Assembly: GCA_041674405.1 (NCBI GenBank)
Contig: JBAYVT010000004.1
Coordinates: forward strand, 1-32,000
Source: Patescibacteria group bacterium
GTDB taxonomy: Bacteria > Patescibacteriota > UBA1384 > XYA2-FULL-43-10
DNA: 32,000 bases
Direction of reading: 5' to 3'
A program made the translations under genes and the position numbers. The notes beneath the pieces were generated by a model. That model did no database searches. It was not told the origin of the DNA and was given only the letters and a program-made list of their open reading frames with translations. Within the stretch, counting starts at the first letter, position 1, and each line of letters opens with the position of its first letter. Positions 18,058-27,600 of this stretch are shown here, one piece after another.

Positions 18058-19470
18058 CTATAGACTTCTAATTAATTCTACCGCTTTAGCGATTCGCTTT
18101 AAAGATTCCTCTCTTCCAAGCGCAAACATTAACTCGACGGGCGAGGGTGATTTTTCTTCTCCCGACAAAGCTACGCGAACCGGCCAGAAAACATCACCAT
18201 TGGTCAAATTATTGTCCGAAACAATTGATTCTAACACTCCCTGCAAGCTCTCTGCATCCCATTTACTTTCCGTTTTCAACTTTTCACTTGCCACTTTAAG
18301 CGCGGTAGCTGTTTTCTCTTTATCTGATTTTCTAAAAATTAGAAGAGCTGCCTTGTACTCTGGTTCCTTTCGCAATTTCAAAATATATTCCGCCGCATCT
18401 CTCAAGGTAACATATCCCCCGCGCCCGATAAGCTCGACTTCACCCGGAATGAGTTCTGCTACACCGAAATCTGCCAAATATTTCGAAATTTGATCTGAAT
18501 TTTTGAGATTTGAAATTTGAGATTTGAGATATTGAGAATTTATTGAATTTAATTTCTCAATATTGAATATCGCCGGCGCCTTGTTCACATTCTCGATCTT
18601 AAATTCTTTTTCAAGTTCAGAAAGTGTGAATATTTCCCGCTCGTCTTTGGGGTTCCAGCCCAGAAGCACCATGAAGTTTACCAGCGCCTCCGGTAAATAC
18701 CCTTCACCTTTGTAATCAGCGATACTGGTTGCACCGTGGCGTTTCGATAGTTTCTTTTTATCCGGACCGAGGATCATCGACAGGTGTGCGAATTCCGGCG
18801 CTTTCCAGCCCAACATTTCATACAAAATTAAATGTTTCGGCGTTGATGATAGCCACTCCTCCGCCCTGATCACATGAGAAATTTCCATTTCATGATCGTC
18901 GACAATTGAGGCCAAATGATAAGTCGGGTAGCCATCAGATTTCAAGAGAATCTGATCATCCATAAGCGATAGATCGAATTCAACTTTCCCTCGAATCAGG
19001 TCATTTACAACGACTTTTCCGCTTTGGGGCATCTTCATTCTGATCGTATAGCATCCCTCTTTCATATCTTCGAGCTTGAAATTAGCATCCCTGCAGTATC
19101 CTTCGTACTTGGGCGGGCGTTTCTCCTTGATCTGTTTTTCATGATCTTCGGCAAGCTTCTCCTTCGAACAAGTACATATGTAGGCTTTTCCGGCCCGAAC
19201 AAGATCAAAAGCATGCTTTTTGTAGGTCTCAAGACGCTCGGATTGAATCATAATATTTTTAAGATTGTCAGGCTTGATTCCTAACCACTTCAGAGAATCA
19301 ATAATGCGCTCGGTTGCTCCTTCAACATATCTTTCTCGATCAGTATCTTCAATGCGTAGAAAAAATTCTCCATCCTGACTCTTGGCGAATAGATACTCAA
19401 AAAGAGCTGTTCTTGCAGCACCGATATGCAATTCTCCTGTCGGACTTGGGGCAAATCGAGTTCTTATCAT
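18058..19470 (-). CDS. gltX: Glutamyl-tRNA synthetase
   Basis: MIRTRFAPSPTGELHIGAARTALFEYLFAK...FFLRIEDTDRERY; MILGPDKKKLSKRHGATSI (KLSKR). Confidence 0.95.
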   Translation of the reverse strand: MIRTRFAPSPTGELHIGAARTALFEYLFAKSQDGEFFLRIEDTDRERYVEGATERIIDSLKWLGIKPDNLKNIMIQSERLETYKKHAFDLVRAGKAYICTCSKEKLAEDHEKQIKEKRPPKYEGYCRDANFKLEDMKEGCYTIRMKMPQSGKVVVNDLIRGKVEFDLSLMDDQILLKSDGYPTYHLASIVDDHEMEISHVIRAEEWLSSTPKHLILYEMLGWKAPEFAHLSMILGPDKKKLSKRHGATSIADYKGEGYLPEALVNFMVLLGWNPKDEREIFTLSELEKEFKIENVNKAPAIFNIEKLNSINSQYLKSQISNLKNSDQISKYLADFGVAELIPGEVELIGRGGYVTLRDAAEYILKLRKEPEYKAALLIFRKSDKEKTATALKVASEKLKTESKWDAESLQGVLESIVSDNNLTNGDVFWPVRVALSGEEKSPSPVELMFALGREESLKRIAKAVELIRSL

Positions 19471-19495
19471 GCCTTAAGATTACCACAAATGTCTT

Positions 19496-19545
19496 GCCAT
19501 TGCGAGCAGTCCGCCAGCTGGCGGATGACGAAGCAGCTTTTTAGT
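19496..19545. repeat. Degenerate GCCATTGCGAG...GACGAAGCAGC repeat containing palindrome TCCGCCAGCTGGCGGA
   Basis: Intergenic; core palindrome 19510-19525; related in wording to the 23715-23785 element. Confidence 0.6.
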
Positions 19546-19593
19546 ATTCATCCTTGTCAAATTGAAGAATCCAGCAATTTGACGATGTAGAAA

Positions 19594-19962
19594 TCACCCC
19601 TCCACCGCCGAGATCAGATGCTCAATATGGGGCGGCTCAACACTTTTGTCAACTCCGATCACGTCTATCCTGATTGTGCGGCTCGGATACTTCTGCTCGA
19701 GGATTCCGGCCAAATTCCGTAGTTTTTCCTGCTTCGCACGCCTCACCAGGTCTTTAGCCGGACCATATCCTTCCCCCTTCACCGTCTTCACTTCTACAAG
19801 AACAACAACTCCGCCGGCTGGCGGATCGAACGCCAATATATCGATTTCTCCGATCGAAAGTTCAATATTCCTGCCCAATATTTTGTATCCAATAGATTCC
19901 AGATAATCACACGCCGACTGCTCCCCTTCATCCCCGGTTTGTCTTTTCTTCGATTTACTCAT
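19594..19962 (-). CDS. UPF0102/YraN-family endonuclease-like protein (start adjusted to ATG at 19962)
   Basis: TGDEGEQSACDYLESIGYKILGRNIELSIGEIDILAFDPPAGGVVVLVEVKTVKG; ATGAGTAA overlap with the upstream gene stop. Confidence 0.85.
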   Translation of the reverse strand: MSKSKKRQTGDEGEQSACDYLESIGYKILGRNIELSIGEIDILAFDPPAGGVVVLVEVKTVKGEGYGPAKDLVRRAKQEKLRNLAGILEQKYPSRTIRIDVIGVDKSVEPPHIEHLISAVEG

Positions 19963-20713
19963 ATTTATCTTTCGCAGCTTCCCACAATAGCTCAAATTTT
20001 TGCCTTTCAATTTGCGCGATTGCCGGATTCTCGATCACCGTCGCGAATGGCTCCTTTTCCGAGTGAGCAATGAATACTACTTTATTCGGATAGATCTGCG
20101 TCTCTACGGCCGGATTAAATTGATCTTTCGGCAAGAATCGAGTTCTTCTCATCTCCGCCCGATCATTTCCCAAAGATTTATAATTTTGCTTATCGTCCGG
20201 AAATATCATGCGCAATGAAATTTTTTTCTTAACCCTTTCGGTTACAAAAGCGTCGTTTTCTTCTGGGTTTTGATACCAAAAACCGGGATTTGCTAACACC
20301 AACCTTTCCCCGCCCTCAGGCCCTTGAAGTCCCTGATAATATACCTGTCTTACACCCTCTAATCCTTCATACAATGAAATGATCGGTTTAGATGGCGATT
20401 TGCTAGTTAATGCATCAAAAAGGGGCAGAGAATCTCGAAATTGATTTTTCTTCTGTTCTAAGGCGGTTACCAAATTTTCTGGGCTGACTACCGAATACAT
20501 GGTGTGTGTTAGTTCTGCTGTTCTTGACCCGATTCCCTTATCGATGAATCTGTCAAAAATTTGATAGCATGTTGTGCGTTTGATACAAGATTTACGATAT
20601 ATATTCCACATCGAAGATGGCCCAATCTCACAAGAGGCAAGATACACTCGTGCCTCATTTTCTTCAAATCCAAGTAGTTTTAGTTTTTTTACTAAATTCC
20701 AGTCTGTCGTCAT
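19955..20713 (-). CDS. TrmB-like transcriptional regulator
   Basis: N-terminal wHTH LKLLGFEENEARVYLASCEIGPSSMWNIYRKSCIKRTTCYQIFDRFIDKGI; C-terminal PLD-like regulatory region. Confidence 0.75.
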   Translation of the reverse strand: MTTDWNLVKKLKLLGFEENEARVYLASCEIGPSSMWNIYRKSCIKRTTCYQIFDRFIDKGIGSRTAELTHTMYSVVSPENLVTALEQKKNQFRDSLPLFDALTSKSPSKPIISLYEGLEGVRQVYYQGLQGPEGGERLVLANPGFWYQNPEENDAFVTERVKKKISLRMIFPDDKQNYKSLGNDRAEMRRTRFLPKDQFNPAVETQIYPNKVVFIAHSEKEPFATVIENPAIAQIERQKFELLWEAAKDKYE

Positions 20714-20810
20714 GTTTTATGACATTGTACCAGCAGAATAAATTTTAATCAAATATGATTCTAAATTCGGGATGTCAAAAAATAATAAATCCCAATATAT
20801 GTCGTTAATG

Positions 20811-20839
20811 TTGACAATCAATTATGCTGCTGCTAATTT
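20811..20839 (+). promoter_or_regulatory. Promoter TTGACA - 17 bp - TAATTT
   Basis: Consensus -35, exact 17-bp spacer, about 40 bp before the ATG; GGGAGG SD at 20864-20869. Confidence 0.65.
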
Positions 20840-20878
20840 CTCGACGCGAACCAAGACTGAATCGGGAGGTTGACCAAC

Positions 20879-21364
20879 ATGTCCGACCGTAATCTTCTAT
20901 GTGCCCGAGAGATTCTTGAGAAGATCTATCTTTCACGGTATATCTTTCTCTCTGGTCTTTCAGGGTACGACACCGAAGCACAATCCGCCATTGGCACCTT
21001 CGTGGTGCCTACATCCGAGCAACTTCGCTACACAGCCGAACAACTCGGCTATGTCTCCGCCACCGAGCGCCACTCGTGCGTCAATCAGCTCGCATATTCA
21101 CTCACTGCTCTGCTTGTCCGCGATCATGCCGGGCAATTCGCGTGTTACGATCTCGAGTCATTTCGAGACCTCTCCTCTGGCTTCCAGATGTGGAATACCA
21201 AGGAGCACTTCGAGCACAAGAAAGTGCTTCCCCGAGACACGGAGTTCGAGATTAGCATGCACGTGACGCGATCTCGAATCAGCCCTCACGGGCTGAGCGT
21301 CGTCGAAGTGGAACTCAACAGGGGCGTCGATGGTTATGTCCATTTCGCCGTACAGGTAGATTAG
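20879..21364 (+). CDS. Hot-dog-fold protein, FcoT-like thioesterase (tentative)
   Basis: YIFLSGLSGYDTEAQSAIGTFVVPTSEQLRYTAEQLGYVSATERHSCVNQLAYSLTALLV resembles, by memory, the mycobacterial FcoT segment YLIDAQYSATEDSVLAYGNFTI...FNQLAYSAFAPAV. Own promoter, SD and terminator. Confidence 0.6.
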   Translation: MSDRNLLCAREILEKIYLSRYIFLSGLSGYDTEAQSAIGTFVVPTSEQLRYTAEQLGYVSATERHSCVNQLAYSLTALLVRDHAGQFACYDLESFRDLSSGFQMWNTKEHFEHKKVLPRDTEFEISMHVTRSRISPHGLSVVEVELNRGVDGYVHFAVQVD

Positions 21365-21377
21365 GAGGTGAGATCAG

Positions 21378-21405
21378 AAAAACGAGCCTTTAGGGGCTCG
21401 TTTTT
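21378..21405 (+). terminator. Bidirectional Rho-independent terminator between the FcoT-like gene and rplS
   Basis: AAAAACGAGCC TTTAGG GGCTCGTTTTT; T runs on both strands. Confidence 0.85.
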
Positions 21406-21430
21406 CATATTTAGATCACATTATTTCAAT

Positions 21431-22042
21431 TTACTCAGCTTTGGTCTCTTCGTCTTCGGCTTCGTCAGCCTTTTCCTCTGTGGGTTCGGCAGCACGCTCG
21501 TCTGTGTTTGATCCGGCTTCGACTTCCTCGGCTTCACCATCAGCTTTTCCGCTTCTGGCTGCTAGGGCGCTTTCCGCCTTCTTTGCTAGCTCGGCGTCTT
21601 TCTCCGCTTTCTTCGCAGCATCGGCTTCGGCTTGTTTGGCTTTTTCCGCCTCAATTTTGGCTAGCTCTTCCTCGGCTTCTTTCTCTTCCCACATCTTGTA
21701 CTCGCGGCTTTGTTCTTTCAGGCGGGCATTCTTGCCGGTAAGCTCGCGCATGAAGTAAAGCTTGGCACGACGAACCTTCGAGTGTTTGATTCGCTCTATC
21801 TTGATGATTCTTGGCGAATGAAGCGGGAAAACTCGCTCAACACCGATACCAAAAGACTCCTTGCGGACTGTGAAGGTGCCATCAAGGCCTTTTCCGTGCT
21901 TCACTGCAATAACAAGGCCCTCAAAGATCTGGACACGCTCTTTGGCGCCTTCTTTGACCTTGAGGTGTACTCGAATCGTGTCACCAGAGACAATGTCCGG
22001 AACATTTTTTTTCATCAATTTTTTCTCGATTGTGGTTTGCAT
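21431..22042 (-). CDS. rplS: Ribosomal protein L19 with long Ala/Glu/Lys-rich C-terminal extension (start adjusted to ATG at 22042)
   Basis: [90 protein letters not shown]. Confidence 0.93.
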   Translation of the reverse strand: MQTTIEKKLMKKNVPDIVSGDTIRVHLKVKEGAKERVQIFEGLVIAVKHGKGLDGTFTVRKESFGIGVERVFPLHSPRIIKIERIKHSKVRRAKLYFMRELTGKNARLKEQSREYKMWEEKEAEEELAKIEAEKAKQAEADAAKKAEKDAELAKKAESALAARSGKADGEAEEVEAGSNTDERAAEPTEEKADEAEDEETKAE

Positions 22043-22100
22043 TTTACAATTCCGATCTAATTCAGACTTCTGCACTCAAGATTTTGAATTCAGGAGTCCG

Positions 22101-22131
22101 CTCTCCTCCCGCCAGTGACGGGAGGAGAGCC
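22101..22131. repeat. Perfect 12-bp inverted repeat GCTCTCCTCCCG / CGGGAGGAGAGC, 7-nt loop
   Basis: Direct reading: 22101-22112 pairs with 22120-22131; extendable by 3 bp past a 1-nt bulge. Confidence 0.9.
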
Positions 22132-22283
22132 GGAGAGGGCGACGAGCCCGGTGGACCTTCGTCCAAACGAGCAAGTCGTGATGCTCCACTCTACCCTGCA
22201 GGAGTCGAGTGGCTTGCTGCACGAGGACAGCGCGCTGACACTAGCCCCTCGTGCAACGAGATGGAGTCTCTCGTGCGAGCGTG

Positions 22284-22628
22284 TTACCTCACCGTCGCCG
22301 AAAACTGGCTCCTCGCTAGGGGCGAGGACTCGAAGTGATAGACGAGGGCCTGCGCCCATCCCGGATCTACGGGAACCCTCGGGCTTAGCAGGATCTCCGG
22401 GGTGCTGATGAGCCGAGGCCCATCTGCCGCGACAATGTGTACTCCTTCGCCAGGCATACGGTAGACAAGCAAGTTCCCGCCCTCGGACCAGGCATAGCCG
22501 CACAGCCCCCTGACGACACTCTGGAGGGTGTGCTGCCCGAGCTTGACCAGCTCACGGACGAGGTCTTCGTACCCCGAACGCATGAGCTGTATCCACTTTG
22601 CCCTACGATTCGAACTTCTCTTAGCCAT
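22284..22628 (-). CDS. Small basic hypothetical protein (114 aa), GC-rich
   Basis: ATG preceded by GAGGAGGAAGCACG (strong SD); MAKRSSNRRAKWIQLMRSGYEDLVRELVKLGQHTLQSVVRGLCGYAW. Confidence 0.6.
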   Translation of the reverse strand: MAKRSSNRRAKWIQLMRSGYEDLVRELVKLGQHTLQSVVRGLCGYAWSEGGNLLVYRMPGEGVHIVAADGPRLISTPEILLSPRVPVDPGWAQALVYHFESSPLARSQFSATVR

Positions 22629-22914
22629 CGTGCTTCCTCCTCAATGCGGAATTGGCACTAGGCATCCTGCTGTCAGGTTTATTTGGCGCATGAAGTCCAG
22701 CGCCTCCTCTCGTGTGTGATTGACCCTCTAAAGGGCCTTGCTGCGTTTCTGAAACAACCCCACTCGCACAGAAAGTTCTGCAACCACCTCCCTTGAACAC
22801 TATGAGATTTTCGGCAGGCAGGATTCCCCGATCTATGCCTACCGACAACCATTGCTAAATTGCTGTATTGTTAAATTGCTACCAAAACAATTTAACAGTT
22901 TAACAATGTAACAA

Positions 22915-23199
22915 TTATTTTTTATCTGCCTCTACAGACACAAAAGTTCTTTTGTCTTTATTGCTGTTGAAAGCAACTACTCTTTTCTCTTGAAATTTGA
23001 CCATGCCGTCTTTCAGCGCATAAAGCGTATCGTCGCAGCCAATTCCGACATTTGCTCCGGCATGAAATTTGGAACCGCGCTGGCGGACGATTATGCCTCC
23101 GGCAAGGATTTTCTGGTCACCAAAAACTTTGACGCCAAGTCTTTGCGCTCGTGAATCCCGTCCCAGTCTTGTACTACCAGCAGCCTTCTTATGTGCCAT
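22915..23199 (-). CDS. rpmA: Ribosomal protein L27 (start adjusted to MAHKKAAG at 23199)
   Basis: [54 protein letters not shown]. Confidence 0.95.
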   Translation of the reverse strand: MAHKKAAGSTRLGRDSRAQRLGVKVFGDQKILAGGIIVRQRGSKFHAGANVGIGCDDTLYALKDGMVKFQEKRVVAFNSNKDKRTFVSVEADKK

Positions 23200-23281
23200 A
23201 TCAATTCCTTCGGAATAATGACTAAATCCAAATGTCAAATTTCAAATTTGGGAATTAAACCATTTTGTTTGTCATTTGAAA

Positions 23282-24565
23282 TTAGGATTTAGGTGCTTGT
23301 AAAAAGAGAATTTCTCTTTTTACAACCTGATAATCCCGCCCGTAAACTAAAGGCGGACGAAGTAGAGTATAACCCATTTTTTCGATCTCGTCAACACTCG
23401 CAGCGAAAAGGCTGATCTGTCCGCCATCTGATGATTCGACGAGGGGAAAGACGAGGCAAACAGCTGACAGCTGACAGCTGCTAGCTCGCAGTAAACTAGC
23501 CAAGTTTTTAAGAAAACCCAGATATATTCCTTCTAGCTTCTTAAATTCGCCAAGAACAGCATTTTTCGAGGGCTTAAATTTTTTTGGTTCACCGAGATAC
23601 GGCTCGGCGACGATGATTACATCGCGAGTCGAAAGTTCCAAGTCCAAAGTCGAAAGCGGGGCAAGAAAATCATGCTTGGTTGCGTCAGCTTGAAAGATTG
23701 AAAATGTTTTGCCTGTCATTGCGAGCCCGGAGGGCGCGGCAATCTTTTTAATAGATTGCTTCGTCATTTCATTCCTCGCAATGACCCATTCTATGTTTAG
23801 TTTCGTATCCATCACAGCTTTTTCCGAAATATCCGAAGCAATAATATCGTGCCCAAGCATGAGAGCTTCTATGGGAATATTGCCCGATCCGCAGAATGGA
23901 TCGACGACAATAGATTTATCATTTGATTCGCCAATACTTAGATTCACCATCATTCGAGCTAGCTTCGGCGGCAACATTCCGGAATATTTATCTCCGGCTG
24001 GCTTGCCATAATCACGCTTCGACCACTCGAACGGATTCGATATTGCAATCAATCGACCCAAATACTCGTCAAAGACACCTACTTCGACTCCCTTGCCATC
24101 TAGCTTGTTGGTTTGTGAAACAATTGTTGAGAGCTCCTGCCCCTCCTTAATCGCTACGAATCGAGACTTAATTTGAGGCTTAAGGGCAGTCTTAACTTCA
24201 ATTCCAAGCTTGTTGATATTCAAAGTTCGTTTTGAAAAATTTGAGATTCCAAAGTCAATTTTCGAACCATTTTCACTTTTTTCAGCGATCACCATATCAA
24301 TGATCTCTTTTTTAAGATCAGGACTTGCCTTTTTGTACAGTTCAAATATCTTTGTCGTTCCGCCCAGGCTGCTTATCAAGCTGTCAGCTGTCATCTGCAA
24401 GCTACCAGCTTCTTCAAACTTGATGATAGCGATATTGTCGGATACACTTGAAATGCAAAAACCAAAACCAAAGCGTCCTAAAACCGCCTTTACTTCAAGG
24501 AGGGCTAGCTCGGATTCTCTACCGAGTACGAAGGCGAATGTATTTTTGTTGTGATCTGTGTCCAT
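23282..24565 (-). CDS. SAM-dependent RNA/DNA methyltransferase, TRM11/Trm-G10-like (start probably ATG 24565; track gives 24586)
   Basis: FAFVLGRESELALLEVKAVL; RDYGKP; MLPPKLARMMVNLS; VDPFCGSGNIPIEALMLGHDIIASDIS; VAEPYLGEP. Confidence 0.8.
   Translation of the reverse strand: MDTDHNKNTFAFVLGRESELALLEVKAVLGRFGFGFCISSVSDNIAIIKFEEAGSLQMTADSLISSLGGTTKIFELYKKASPDLKKEIIDMVIAEKSENGSKIDFGISNFSKRTLNINKLGIEVKTALKPQIKSRFVAIKEGQELSTIVSQTNKLDGKGVEVGVFDEYLGRLIAISNPFEWSKRDYGKPAGDKYSGMLPPKLARMMVNLSIGESNDKSIVVDPFCGSGNIPIEALMLGHDIIASDISEKAVMDTKLNIEWVIARNEMTKQSIKKIAAPSGLAMTGKTFSIFQADATKHDFLAPLSTLDLELSTRDVIIVAEPYLGEPKKFKPSKNAVLGEFKKLEGIYLGFLKNLASLLRASSCQLSAVCLVFPLVESSDGGQISLFAASVDEIEKMGYTLLRPPLVYGRDYQVVKREILFLQAPKS
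23715..23785. repeat. 71-bp palindromic element GTCATTGCGAG...GCAATCT...AGATTGC...CTCGCAATGAC inside the methyltransferase ORF
   Basis: Outer 11-bp perfect inverted repeat (23715-23725/23775-23785) and inner 7-bp inverted repeat (23739-23745/23753-23759). Confidence 0.9.
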
Positions 24566-24604
24566 AAATTCATCTAAATCTATCACGAATAGGAAAAAAA
24601 CTCA

Positions 24605-27600
24605 ATGAGCGAGGACAAACCAAAATTCGTACATCTGCATGTCCATAGCCACTATTCTATGCTCGATGGGATGGGTAAAATCCCCGATCTGGTGGCAAAA
24701 GCAAAAAACGACGGCCAACCTGCTATCGCCCTTACCGACCATGGTGTTATGCACGGCATAATCGAATTCTATGAAGAGTGCTTGAAGCAGGAAATCAAGC
24801 CAATATTGGGCGTTGAGGCCTATATGGCACCGCGTACGATGCATGACAAGCAGCCGCGAGTCGATTCTTCAGCCTATCACCTTATACTCTTGGCAAAAAA
24901 TGAAACCGGATATAAAAATCTTTTGAAATTAACATCTATTGCTCATCTTGATGGATATTATTATAAGCCAAGAATTGACAAAAAAACGCTCAAAAAGCAT
25001 GCGGATGGTTTGATCGCTTGTAGCGCCTGTGTCCAAGGTGAAATTCCAAGAAAATCGCTTGAGAGCCTAAACGAAGGCCGCAAAGCCCTAAAAGAATATT
25101 TGGAAATATTCCCTAAGGAAGATCTGTATCTCGAGGTTCAGAAACACCCGCACACTGTTCCCGAGCAAGACTCAGCAAATAAAAATATGTTCAAGCTTGC
25201 TCAGGAATTCGGGTTGAAAGTTATTGCAACAAATGACCCTCACTATGTAAATTCGGATGACAATATAGCCCATGATGCATTGATCTGCCTTCAAACAGGA
25301 AAAGTTTTGTCTGATGAAAACAGAATGTCCATGGCTGGAGATGATTATTCACTTCTAACCACCGAGCAGATGGCGGCGAATTTTCCCGACCATCCGGAAG
25401 TTCTTCAAAACACGCTTGAGATTGTCGAAAAATGCAATGTCGAGATCGAGCTTGGCAAATTTAAATTCCCCGAATTTCCACTCCCGGAGGGTGAAACCTA
25501 TGAGACGTATCTGCGCAAGTTGATCGACGAACGCCTGCCCCGCATGGTAGGCGAAGTTACGAAAGAAATGACGGATCGTATCGACTATGAGTTTGATGTG
25601 ATTAAGAAAAAAGGTTACTTAGGATATTTTTTGATTGTGCAGGATTTTTTCCACTTTGCAAAAGAAAACGGCATTCCGACCAATACCAGGGGTTCAGCCG
25701 CAGGTTGTTTCATCTCCTATGCTCTCGGAATCACTGCTAAGCAGCTGAACCCGATGGAATACAATCTGCCATTTGAACGATTTTTAAATCCGTATCGCCC
25801 ATCTGCGCCCGATATCGACGCTGATATTGCCGATTCCGGCCGCGATTCGATCATTCAGTATGTGTCCAAAAAATATGGAAAAGATCACGTGGCACAGATT
25901 ATCACCTTCGGAACAATGGCAGCCAGAATGGCAGTCCGTGATGTCGGGCGGGTACTCGGCATGACATATTCAGAAGTCGATATTATTGCAAAATTAATTC
26001 CTCCCCTCAAAACAACGCTTGAAAAAGCTCTTGATTCAGTCGAGGATTTGAAAGCACTATATAATTCTGATGCTAAGGTCAAGCAGTGTATCGATATTGC
26101 TCGCAAACTCGAGGGCGTCGTCCGCCATGCTTCCGTCCATGCTGCCGGTGTGGTTATCGCACCTGAGGCAATCACAAACTTTACTCCGATCATGATGGAC
26201 GCAAAGGGCGAACGGCTCATCACCCAATACGAAATGCACACTGTAGGAGAAGATGGCGTTGGCTTGATCAAGATGGATTTTCTTGGGCTTGCTAACCTTT
26301 CAATCATTCAAAATGCCCTCCGCATTATTCGAAAAACACGAAATACCGAGATCAATCTTGAGGAAATTCCGCTCGACGACAAAAAAACTTTTCAGCTTCT
26401 ATCTCGCGGAGAAACCATTGGCGTTTTTCAGCTTGAATCCGAAGGCATGCGCAAGAATATCAAAGAGCTTCGTCCTTCGACAATCCATGACATCATGGCA
26501 ATGGTGGCACTCTACCGCCCCGGGCCGATGGCTTTTATTCCAGAATACATAGCCCGCAAGCACAATCCGGCAAGAATAAGTTATCTTGATCCTAGAATGA
26601 AACAATTCCTGGATAAATCACTTGGCCTGATCGTTTATCAGGATGATGTTCTTATGATTGCCCTCGAGCTTGCCGGCTACAACTGGGAGGAAGTCGATAA
26701 ATTTCGAAAAGCTATCGGTAAAAAAATTGCCAAAGATATGGCAGCCCAGAAAGATAAGTTCTATAAACAAATCATCGAACGCGGCATGGAGAAAAATATC
26801 GTTGATGAGCTCTGGGCGCAGATTGAAACGTTTGCCGGTTACGGCTTTAATAAAGCGCATGCTGCAAGCTACGGCCTCGTCGCCTACCAGACAGCATATT
26901 TGAAATCGAATTATCCGCCAGAATATATGTCAGCCTTAATGACCTCAAACCGAGATGATCTTGACAAATTAGCAATGGAGATCGAGGAATGTAAACGAAT
27001 GGGCATACAGGTTTTGCCTCCATCGGTAAACGAATCCTTCGTTGATTTTGGCGTTGTGAAAGACAGCGGCAATGTCCGTTTCGGCCTTTCCGCCATCAAG
27101 AATGTTGGTGCAGCAGTTGCAGAAGAAATAGTTGAAAATCGCAAGGAAGGTGGAAAATTCAAAGATATTGAGGATTTTTTGACGCGGTTGGGTCCCAAAG
27201 TAATTAATAAAAAATCACTGGAATCGCTTGTGATGGCGGGCGCACTAGACGATCTTGGAGAGCGGGCTCTCTTTCTCTACAACATGGAAAAAATGTTGGC
27301 TTTCGCATCGAATATTCAGAAGAATCAGAATTCTGGCCAAAATTCATTATTTACAAGCGAAGAAGTCAGTATCCCCTCTATTCAATTTGAGGAAACAAAG
27401 CCGGCAGAAAAAAAACAACGGCTGGCATGGGAGCGGGAACTTCTCGGCATGTACGTGTCTGAACATCCGCTTTCTGGCATTTCGCACATGATCGAACCCC
27501 ACCGAACACTCAAGATTTCCGAAGTTACATCTGAACACGAAGGTGAATTTGTCCGAATTTCCGGCATTATTACAAACATCCATTCGATCCTCACCCGTGC

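Noticed and set aside
22090-22503. 137-aa minus ORF overlapping the 114-aa gene
   Set aside because: Arg/Ser/Gly-rich shadow translation; the 22284..22628 frame has the strong SD and a more protein-like composition.
22621-22848. 75-aa minus ORF (MSVGIDRGILPAENLIV...) upstream of the small gene
   Set aside because: No convincing SD or fold; more likely part of the leader. A short peptide frame MRQINLTAGCLVPIPH* in the same area was noted but is too short to call.
22101-22860. GC-rich island as rnpB, tmRNA or SRP RNA
   Set aside because: None of the diagnostic conserved blocks (GAGGAAAGTCC, ACAGAA-P4 context, tmRNA acceptor/T-arm, SRP GGAAG domain) was found on either strand.
25885-26605. Minus-strand ORFs inside dnaE
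   Set aside because: Antisense shadows of a strongly conserved gene; no independent support.
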